Shown here piece after piece: positions 38,188 to 45,845 of a DNA stretch of 64,000 nt. How positions within the stretch are numbered: position 1 is the stretch's first letter; the number at the start of each line of letters is the position of its first letter. The translations under genes and the position numbers were made by a program. Source of the stretch: an uncultured Bacillota bacterium (GTDB lineage: Bacteria; Bacillota; Dehalobacteriia; UBA7702); the NCBI GenBank assembly GCA_934702375.1, contig CAKUYE010000013.1:1564-65563 (forward strand), given 5' to 3'. The notes under the pieces are model-generated. The model ran no database searches, was not told the origin of the DNA, and was given only the letters and a program-made list of their open reading frames with translations.

Positions 38188-39343
38188 TATCATTTGTACG
38201 GCAGTGGGGGCCGTCCTTCTGCTGGTATTGGCTGTTTTTTCTCAAAGCCTTATGCCGCTGCTGCTGATGGTGGCATTTCTCCTCCTTGTGGCAGGCTCCC
38301 TTGGTGTTCAGCGCCTTGGTGCGGCATCTCTTTTTGCCTCTTTTGAAATGGAGGAATTGGCGGAGAAGAATCAGTCCTTGAAAGGGCAGCTCATTATCTA
38401 TAACCGTGGCCGGATCCCATTTCCTGTAGTACGGGCTATCGTGGAAACGAACAATCTTTTGACGGGAGAAAAGACGGTCACACCGGTGCCGGTGGGGATT
38501 GGTCCTCGGGGCGCTGCGACATCGACTCTGACTTTTTCTTCAGCCTACTGCGGCCGACTTAAAGTGTCGGTATCGAAATTGAAAATTTATGATTTTTTCG
38601 GTTTGGTTTCTTTGCCGGTAAAGGTGGAGGGGAAAAAGAAAGCGTTGATCCTGCCGGAATTATACTGCCCCGATGTTGTTGTGGCCAAAAGCGGCGTTAC
38701 CGAGCCGGAGTGCGATTCCTTTTCGCCGTATAAAGCCGGGAATGATCCTTCGGAAACTTTTGCAATTCGCGATTACGAGCCGGGAGATTCCCTGCGCAGT
38801 ATTCACTGGAAGCTCACCGGAAAATTCGATCGTCTTGTGGTGCGTGAATCCAGTTTGCCGATGAATGAATCGGTATTGATTCTTTTTGAGCGAATGAAAA
38901 AAGATGACGAAGCTTTTGCTGCTCCGGAGGTTCGCAATGCTATGGGGCAGATCCTGCTCTCTCTCTCGAACCAGCTTGCCGAGATGAATCTTGCCCATAC
39001 CATTGGCTGGCTTCGGGCAGAAAATGGCACGTTTATCGGTCATCGGGTAGATTCTGAGGAATCCTTTCAATTGGTTATGGCGGAGGTTTTATCCGTTTCT
39101 GAAATTTCAGGAGAAGATGATACCGTTGAAGGCTTCTTGAAAACCAATGATCACGACAGCTATTCCAATATTGTATATGTAACTGCCCATTCCAGCGAAC
39201 ACCTTTCTTTGTTGCCGCTGATGTCGCGAAAAACGATGATCCTTTGTGGGAAGGAAGAAACAGACATTGACCTTGTTGATGGTACTGTGTACACAGTAAC
39301 GCCGGATAATTATGAAACGGTGCTGTATGAAATTTTGATTTAA
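38168..39343 (+). CDS. DUF58-domain protein (vWA-like partner of MoxR ATPases)
   Basis: N-terminal TM helices. Signature RDYEPGDSLRSIHWKLTGKFDRLVVRE. Overlaps the moxR stop. Confidence 0.75.
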   Translation: MQSMKANIICTAVGAVLLLVLAVFSQSLMPLLLMVAFLLLVAGSLGVQRLGAASLFASFEMEELAEKNQSLKGQLIIYNRGRIPFPVVRAIVETNNLLTGEKTVTPVPVGIGPRGAATSTLTFSSAYCGRLKVSVSKLKIYDFFGLVSLPVKVEGKKKALILPELYCPDVVVAKSGVTEPECDSFSPYKAGNDPSETFAIRDYEPGDSLRSIHWKLTGKFDRLVVRESSLPMNESVLILFERMKKDDEAFAAPEVRNAMGQILLSLSNQLAEMNLAHTIGWLRAENGTFIGHRVDSEESFQLVMAEVLSVSEISGEDDTVEGFLKTNDHDSYSNIVYVTAHSSEHLSLLPLMSRKTMILCGKEETDIDLVDGTVYTVTPDNYETVLYEILI

Positions 39344-41733
39344 TGAAGAAAAGAATGAAGTCTGAAAACTCAGCCGGCCTTACCGTAAGCTGTGAGGCTG
39401 CAATACAACAGAATAATTCGTTCTTGCGGTTGGATTTGATCGCTCTCTTTTGTCTCGGTGTTTTGCTTCTGATCTCTTTTGGCGGGTTACTGCTTTCGCT
39501 TTTTGAGATTTCGGCTTCCGGCATCGTGCTGATTCTGTGGGGAGCGGTATGCGTGGGAGGCTGCATTTCTTTTTATGCCTTCCCCGGGATACGCCGTTGG
39601 CTTTTGATCGGTGCTGTTGCTCTGATTGGAGCTTTGATTGTTTTTACCTGGGGTATGTTTAGCGATGGCTTTGGTCTTGTGGTCAATGCCGTAAAAGACT
39701 TCTTTGGGATTCGCCTCGGTCGAATTTTTCTTCCCACGGTGGTTTCCGGTCTTTATGGGAAAAAGATTGCGGCTACGGTCTTTTTATTGCCGCTGACCCT
39801 TGTTCTTGCCATTGTCAGCAGCTATCTTGTTTGTTGCCGCAGCAATATTTTATTGTGGCTTATTCTTCTTCTTACTGCTGCCGGATTGGTCTTTGGCTTG
39901 TCCTCTCCATCCTGGTATTGGTACGCCCTTGCATTTGCCGCCTTGCTTTTGGTGGTGATTTCTCGATTAAACGTGGTAGTGCCCGGCAGCGGCAAAGGTC
40001 TGCCGATGTTGCTGCTCATTTTACCTCTCCTTGCGGTGGTCGGCATCGTATCGGCATTACCCGCTTTGGGATTCTTTGGCGGTAGCTATGAACGCCCTGA
40101 GGTTTTTACGGCGCTTGAAGAATCCTGTGCAGGTCTTTGGGATCACCTGCGTTGGCCTGATGATACGACCAGCAATTTGCCGGAAGGACAGCGTGAGAAT
40201 ATGGAAACGCCGAATCTCACTGAGGAACCGGCCTTTGAAATCTCAATGTCATCTCCGGAATCGTTGTATCTTCGCGGCTTTGTCGGCAGCGTTTATACGA
40301 AGGACGGTTGGGAATCTCCGGATCCGCGAACTGTCTACGAGTATGCCGATACCTTTTATTGGCTTCATCAGGACGGATTTTACGGTACTTCTCAGCTCTC
40401 TGCTGCTGCAGCTGCTGCGGGTATGGACAATGGGGAAAATACCGTGTCCTTTCATTATTTGGGAGCCAAAGATAAGTATGTTTACACGCCCTATGAGTAT
40501 GAGAGTTCCGATGTAGGGAAGGCTTCCCTGCGGATTGGAGATATTGCGCCGTCGCCGAAGGACTATGGCCGGGCAGACACGATTACCTACACCATGAGCA
40601 ACAATTTGGTGCGGTCTGCGGCGGATATTGCCGATGCTCTTGCCAAGGTTGCGGAAAGCGGAGATCTTTCCGCAACCTCGTATCTTCAAGACGAAGCGGC
40701 TTATCGGGAATATGTGTATGCGACAAATTTAGATCTTTCCGATGAAATGAAGCTCCTGATGACCAGTGTATTGGGAGAAGTGAATACAAAGTCCGGTCAT
40801 CCGGATTATGATACGGTTATGCAATCGATTCTGGATGCTTTGCTAACGGAATATGTATACGATGATAGCTTCGAGCCTTCGAAGGATGCGGATATCGTTT
40901 CCGACTTTATGGAAAGCAGCGCCACAGGATACTCTGTGCAGTATGCTTCTACTGCAGCCTTGATGTTCCGTTATTATGGTATCCCTGCCCGCTATGTGGA
41001 AGGCTATATCGTTACTCCTTTTGATACTTTGGCGGTTGGTGCCGATGAGCCTATTACGATTACCGGGAAAAATGCTCATGCCTGGGTGGAATATTATCGT
41101 GACGGTGTCGGTTGGATTCCATTTGAAGTGACACCGCCGTATCTGTATATCATGCCGCAGCCGGATCATATCAAATCTTATGCCTCTGATATCTATGACC
41201 CGGAAACCAATCAACAGGGCATGACCAATATGGATGAAGATAATTATGAAGAGGAGCAGGAGCCGGACACTCCCAAGGATGATAAAAAGGCAATTCCTTC
41301 CTGGGCGATTGCGTTGATCGTCATCGGCAGCATCTTGCTTTTGATACTCCTGGCATTTCTCATTTTGGCAATACGGCGTATTCGCGTGATTGCCTCCCGT
41401 AAAAAAACAGTTTCGGAAATGGAGGATGGCGATGCCATTGATCGTTTGTTCCGGGATTCTTTGGAACTGTTGTATCGCGGTGGTTTGACACCGAGGAATG
41501 GCTCTCTGGATAACTATCGTGAGCCGTTGATGGCTTTTGGCGATAAAGAACTGGTAACTTTATACACCATGATGGTTGCGCTTCACCGAGAATCCCGCTT
41601 TAGTGATCATGGAATCTCACCGGAACGGCGAAAAGTCTTTGTCATGTTCCACCGTGAGGCAAAGAGATTTGTGAAGGCCCATGCCTCTTTCTGGAAGCGG
41701 TTTTGGGATCAGTATATCCGTAATATTTATTAA
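39343..41733 (+). CDS. Transglutaminase-like superfamily polytopic membrane protein (TgpA-like architecture) with non-canonical catalytic residues
   Basis: N-terminal approximately 7 TM. Core GYSVQYASTAALMFRYYGIPARYVEGY ... NAHAWVEYYRDGVGWIPFEVTP. A late TM helix plus cytoplasmic tail follow. Ser occupies the usual Cys position and Glu the usual Asp position. Confidence 0.65.
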   Translation: MKKRMKSENSAGLTVSCEAAIQQNNSFLRLDLIALFCLGVLLLISFGGLLLSLFEISASGIVLILWGAVCVGGCISFYAFPGIRRWLLIGAVALIGALIVFTWGMFSDGFGLVVNAVKDFFGIRLGRIFLPTVVSGLYGKKIAATVFLLPLTLVLAIVSSYLVCCRSNILLWLILLLTAAGLVFGLSSPSWYWYALAFAALLLVVISRLNVVVPGSGKGLPMLLLILPLLAVVGIVSALPALGFFGGSYERPEVFTALEESCAGLWDHLRWPDDTTSNLPEGQRENMETPNLTEEPAFEISMSSPESLYLRGFVGSVYTKDGWESPDPRTVYEYADTFYWLHQDGFYGTSQLSAAAAAAGMDNGENTVSFHYLGAKDKYVYTPYEYESSDVGKASLRIGDIAPSPKDYGRADTITYTMSNNLVRSAADIADALAKVAESGDLSATSYLQDEAAYREYVYATNLDLSDEMKLLMTSVLGEVNTKSGHPDYDTVMQSILDALLTEYVYDDSFEPSKDADIVSDFMESSATGYSVQYASTAALMFRYYGIPARYVEGYIVTPFDTLAVGADEPITITGKNAHAWVEYYRDGVGWIPFEVTPPYLYIMPQPDHIKSYASDIYDPETNQQGMTNMDEDNYEEEQEPDTPKDDKKAIPSWAIALIVIGSILLLILLAFLILAIRRIRVIASRKKTVSEMEDGDAIDRLFRDSLELLYRGGLTPRNGSLDNYREPLMAFGDKELVTLYTMMVALHRESRFSDHGISPERRKVFVMFHREAKRFVKAHASFWKRFWDQYIRNIY

Positions 41734-41772
41734 ATTGATTGATTTTAGCTAAGGTGTTTTAAGGAGGAAATC

Positions 41773-42774
41773 ATGAAAAGAAAATTATTTCTGCTGTCTA
41801 TCGCTTGCCTTTGCCTTGTTTTTGCACTTTGCGGCTGCGGCAGCAAAAGCGACAGTTCCGGGGATGGTGGGGCAGATACCACAACCTCTGCCGAGTTAAC
41901 GCCGGAATCCGCTCAAGCCGATGTTGCTGCGTACTTTAGCAGCCATAGTTCGGAATTGCTCACTGCCGGAGATGGTAGTGCAGATTGGGTTGTTATTGCC
42001 TATGCTCGCAGCGATTGCAAAGCTCCGGATAAGTTCTTTGACAAATTCTATGCTTTACTGGAACAGCAAGTTACGGAAGCCCAAGGGGTTCTCGATGATA
42101 CGAAATATACCGTATACTCCCGCTCGGTTCTTGCTTTGACAGCGATGGGGAAGGATCCTCATAATGTTGGCGGATATGATCTTTTAGAGCCGTTAGCCGA
42201 TGTTGATACCGTAGCTTCTCAGGGGTTGAACGGCTCGATTTGGGCCTTGCTGGCATTGAATTCCGGCCATTACACTCTGGAAAGCCGTCCCGATGCTGCA
42301 GAAAGTTATCTCAGCCTGATCCTTAACGGTCAGTTGGATAACGGTGGCTTTGCTTTGGGGGAAGGTGCCGATGCGGATATCGATATTACCGCCATGGCGT
42401 TACAGGCCCTTGCTCCCTATCAGGATCGCGAGGAGGTATCGGCTGCCATTGACCGCGGTTTGACGTACCTTAGTGAATCTCAGAGCGATGACGGAAGCTA
42501 CCTCTATTATGGTTCTGCAAATGCAGAAAGTATTTGTCAGGTCATTACGGCTGTTTCCTCTCTTGGCATTGGCATTGATGATGATCGTTTTGTGAAAAAC
42601 GGCAATACCCTGTTTGATGCTCTGATGGAATATCGTTTGGATGATGGTTCATATTTCCATACTGCGGAAATGAAAGAAACCAATCTTATGGCTTCGGAAC
42701 AGGCTTTTTATGCTCTGACTGCATTGATTCGAAATGAAAAAGGTGAATCTGCTCTTTATGCAATGGCAGACTGA
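41773..42774 (+). CDS. Lipoprotein with prenyltransferase/terpenoid-cyclase-like alpha/alpha-toroid repeats (transcobalamin alpha-domain-like)
   Basis: Lipobox LVFALCGC. Three Q/R-x-D-(N/D)-G-(G/S)-(F/Y) repeats (NGQLDNGGFALGEG, SQSDDGSYLYYG, YRLDDGSYFHTAE) plus GSIWALLAL and ITAMALQAL helices. Confidence 0.65.
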   Translation: MKRKLFLLSIACLCLVFALCGCGSKSDSSGDGGADTTTSAELTPESAQADVAAYFSSHSSELLTAGDGSADWVVIAYARSDCKAPDKFFDKFYALLEQQVTEAQGVLDDTKYTVYSRSVLALTAMGKDPHNVGGYDLLEPLADVDTVASQGLNGSIWALLALNSGHYTLESRPDAAESYLSLILNGQLDNGGFALGEGADADIDITAMALQALAPYQDREEVSAAIDRGLTYLSESQSDDGSYLYYGSANAESICQVITAVSSLGIGIDDDRFVKNGNTLFDALMEYRLDDGSYFHTAEMKETNLMASEQAFYALTALIRNEKGESALYAMAD

Positions 42775-42798
42775 TCACAGTAGAGGGGGGAATTTTCA

Positions 42799-43398
42799 AT
42801 GAGATTTAAAAAGGCTTTTGCTCTATTCCTTTTGATTGCGGTTTTGCCGATATTTGCGGCTTGCGGAACAATCACGACAAAAGATGCCGGAGAGTATAGC
42901 GATGATGTCGATGCCTATCAGACAGAACCGGTTCCCGAAGGGAAACCGAGTCCGGTAAATACGGAAGATCAGGAAATCGATAAAACGAAAGCCGGTACTT
43001 GTACTTTATCGGTAGAATGCAAGACGATTCTTGACAATATGACGAAACTGAAAAAGGAAAAGAAGGATATTGTTCCGGAAGACGGCATTATCTTCCCCAA
43101 GCAGGAAGTAACTTTTTATGAAGGGGAATCTGTTTTCGATGTTTTGCAACGCGAAATGCAGGATAATAAAATTCATTTGGAATTTGAATGGACGCCTCTT
43201 TACGGCTCCAGCTATGTGGAAGGTATCGCGAACCTTTATGAAATGGATTGCGGTGAGCTTTCCGGGTGGACATTTAGTGTAAATGGGTGGTTCCCCAATT
43301 ATGGTGCCAGTCGTTATATCGTTTCCGAAGGAGATGATATTCAGTGGCTGTATACCTGTGACCTTGGCAAGGATGTTGGCTCTACAATGGAGGAATAA
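42799..43398 (+). CDS. DUF4430-family lipoprotein (transcobalamin/intrinsic-factor beta-domain-like)
   Basis: Lipobox PIFAACG. ...GELSGWTFSVNGWFPNYGASRYIVSEGDDIQWLYTCDLGKDVG matches the DUF4430 core. Confidence 0.7.
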   Translation: MRFKKAFALFLLIAVLPIFAACGTITTKDAGEYSDDVDAYQTEPVPEGKPSPVNTEDQEIDKTKAGTCTLSVECKTILDNMTKLKKEKKDIVPEDGIIFPKQEVTFYEGESVFDVLQREMQDNKIHLEFEWTPLYGSSYVEGIANLYEMDCGELSGWTFSVNGWFPNYGASRYIVSEGDDIQWLYTCDLGKDVGSTMEE

Positions 43399-43466
43399 TT
43401 GGAGTTGCCTCTTGGGTGATTTTGTGATATGATGAATCATCGCATGGAAAGGACGGACAGCTTATT

Positions 43467-44405
43467 ATGGAACTGATACATGCTTTGTTTCACTCATCTC
43501 AACGTGGTCCCTTGACGTTGCAGGGGATTAAGGAATTGGCAAATATTCATTATTGGGCAGTTTCTATTATCCCTGTGTTGCTGGGATCTGCTCTGGCATA
43601 TACTGTTGGAAACAAATTTGACCTTCTGGTATTTGTACTTTTATTGCCGGCAGCGATTTCCATGCATTGCGTTGTAAATGCCTATAATCATTTATTTGAT
43701 TATTTGCGTGGGACCGATAGAGGGGAAGAAAAAAACAGCCCCCGTTATCCGATCCTTTATTATGGGATCAATCCTTTGTATGTGTTAATCCTTGGTGTTG
43801 TATACCTGTTTCTTGCTTTTGTGCTGTCCTTTTATGTCGTATTGCAGGCCGGCTGGCCTTTGTTGATGATTGGCGCTGTGGGGGCATTTATTGCGGTGTT
43901 TTACTCCGGAGGCCCATTCCCCCTGGCACACTATCCTTTGGGGGAATTTGCCAGCGGCACGGCCATGGGAGGGCTGATTCCTTTTGCGGTATATTATGGC
44001 ATGACCGGTTCTCTGGATTGGATCATTTTGGTATATACATTGCCAATGATCTTGACCATTGGTATCCTTTGTTTTATCAATAATATTTGCGATATTGAAA
44101 AGGATTCAATTAATCGCCGAACTTTGCCAATATTGATTGGCCGCCCTCTTTCGTCAACATTATTTCGTGTAGGGTACGGGCTAACATGGATTTGCGCGCT
44201 TCTCATTTCTGTGCTTTGTTTTACCAAAGGCTGTTGGATATTAATCTTAAGCTTGGTTCTTGCCTGGAAAAAACTTCGGGAGCTTTTCCGTATGAATTAT
44301 ACTCCGTCAACCCGAAATATAGTGATTCCACTGTATGCTTCCACGATTCCTATCTTGAATGTAGGATATACGATTGCGATTTTATTACAGGGATTGCTCC
44401 ATTAG
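43467..44405 (+). CDS. UbiA-superfamily (MenA-like) integral membrane prenyltransferase
   Basis: 312 aa, 8-9 TM. First Asp-rich motif NAYNHLFDYLRGTD (NxxxDxxxxxD). Second acidic region NICDIEKD. Ends with a TAG stop. Confidence 0.6.
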   Translation: MELIHALFHSSQRGPLTLQGIKELANIHYWAVSIIPVLLGSALAYTVGNKFDLLVFVLLLPAAISMHCVVNAYNHLFDYLRGTDRGEEKNSPRYPILYYGINPLYVLILGVVYLFLAFVLSFYVVLQAGWPLLMIGAVGAFIAVFYSGGPFPLAHYPLGEFASGTAMGGLIPFAVYYGMTGSLDWIILVYTLPMILTIGILCFINNICDIEKDSINRRTLPILIGRPLSSTLFRVGYGLTWICALLISVLCFTKGCWILILSLVLAWKKLRELFRMNYTPSTRNIVIPLYASTIPILNVGYTIAILLQGLLH

Positions 44406-44412
44406 AAATTGC

Positions 44413-44460
44413 ATACCGGAAATGTAGTTGCTGAAAACACATTTCCGGTATTTTTGTGTC
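44413..44460 (+). terminator. Rho-independent terminator closing the riboswitch-led seven-gene operon
   Basis: ataccggaaatgt-agttgctgaaaac-acatttccggtat followed by ttttgtg. Confidence 0.75.
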
Positions 44461-44573
44461 GGAGGCCATGTAGGTTTGCTTTGGTAGCAGTTGAATAAAG
44501 TGGTATATTTTTGTCGAAAATGTGGATAAATTTTCTCAAAAATGATTTTTGGAATATTTTAATACATTATTTA

Positions 44574-44602
44574 TTGAATTAAATCGGAATATTTATTATA
44601 CT
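44574..44602 (+). promoter_or_regulatory. Sigma-A promoter of the glycopolymer locus (-35 TTGAAT, 17 nt, -10 TATACT)
   Basis: ttgaat taaatcggaatatttat tatact in an AT-rich intergenic region. Confidence 0.5.
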
Positions 44603-44672
44603 ATAGTTTAGATTCGATGGTTCTGCCCATCAGAAGAAAAGAAGAAAAAGATAAGGGTGAAGGTAGACTGCT

Positions 44673-45827
44673 ATGGGTAAAGGAAAGAGAAAAAAGCATA
44701 AAAATAAGAAGCGCCGCGCTTTAAAAATCGTATTAGTGGTATTGGTTATCGTATTGGTTTTGTGCGCCGGCGCACTTGGTGCTGCCTATTATATGCTGGG
44801 AAATCTGAATACGGTAGACTTTACAGAAAGCGATGCGGATCTTGGTATCGACGAGAGCAATGGCAGCGATGAAGTTGTGAATATCGCTCTGTATGGTGTT
44901 GACACAAGAGATTTTTCAAAAGATACCGGTTTGAGCGATGCGATCATCGTTATGTCTGTAGATCAGAAGAACAATGTGATCAAAATGACTTCTATCCTGC
45001 GCGACAGCAAGGTCCCGATCGAAGGTCATGGCTCTCAGAAAATCAACCACGCATACTCCTACGGCGGTCCTGTTTTGGCAATGAAAACGTTAAATCAGAA
45101 CTTTGGCTTGGATATCAAAGAGTATGTCACGGTAAACTTTAGTCAGCTAGCAGACATCGTGGATGCCGTTGGCGGGGTTACTCTCAATTTGACGGATGAA
45201 GAAGTAAGAGAAACAAATATCAATATGGCAGATAAATTTGGGGATGAGCCTAAAGTGCAATCCTCCGGGGAAGTCCTGCTTACCGGGGCTCAAGCGGTTT
45301 CCTATTCGCGTATACGGAAAATCGACAGTGATAATATGCGTGCTTCCAGACAGCAAAATGTACTGAATGCTGTTTTTGAAAAGATTAAAACAATGTCAAA
45401 ATCAGAGTATCCGGGATTTATTCGCAAATTCCTGGGTATTGTGGAAACGTCTTTGAGTTATAGCGATTTAATGGCGCTTGCCCCTATTGCGATGCATGGA
45501 TTTACCATAGAAAATTATACCATCCCCGATGCGGAGTTTGAAACGGATCTTTGGGGTGGGATCGATGAAACCGGTGCGTGGGTTTGGACGTATGATATCG
45601 GTGCTGCTGCAAATCGTTTGCATAACATCATTTATGGTGAGGGCTATACTGCACCAACTACTGATACGACTACGCCGGAAACGAGCTCAGAAAATACTGT
45701 GGTGGATAACTCTGCTCAAACGCAGCCTGCAGAGACCCCTCCTGTGGAGGAAAATTCCTCCAATAATACGACTACAGATGCTGCTCCGAAACAGAGCGGC
45801 GTAACGGTAGACCAAATGATGCAATAA
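44673..45827 (+). CDS. LytR-CpsA-Psr (LCP) family cell-wall glycopolymer transferase
   Basis: Basic N-terminus plus a single TM. LCP core ...LSDAIIVMSVDQKNNVIKMTSILRDS... C-terminal Thr/Pro-rich tail. Confidence 0.8.
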   Translation: MGKGKRKKHKNKKRRALKIVLVVLVIVLVLCAGALGAAYYMLGNLNTVDFTESDADLGIDESNGSDEVVNIALYGVDTRDFSKDTGLSDAIIVMSVDQKNNVIKMTSILRDSKVPIEGHGSQKINHAYSYGGPVLAMKTLNQNFGLDIKEYVTVNFSQLADIVDAVGGVTLNLTDEEVRETNINMADKFGDEPKVQSSGEVLLTGAQAVSYSRIRKIDSDNMRASRQQNVLNAVFEKIKTMSKSEYPGFIRKFLGIVETSLSYSDLMALAPIAMHGFTIENYTIPDAEFETDLWGGIDETGAWVWTYDIGAAANRLHNIIYGEGYTAPTTDTTTPETSSENTVVDNSAQTQPAETPPVEENSSNNTTTDAAPKQSGVTVDQMMQ

Positions 45828-45845
45828 AATTTAGTGGGTTTTATT

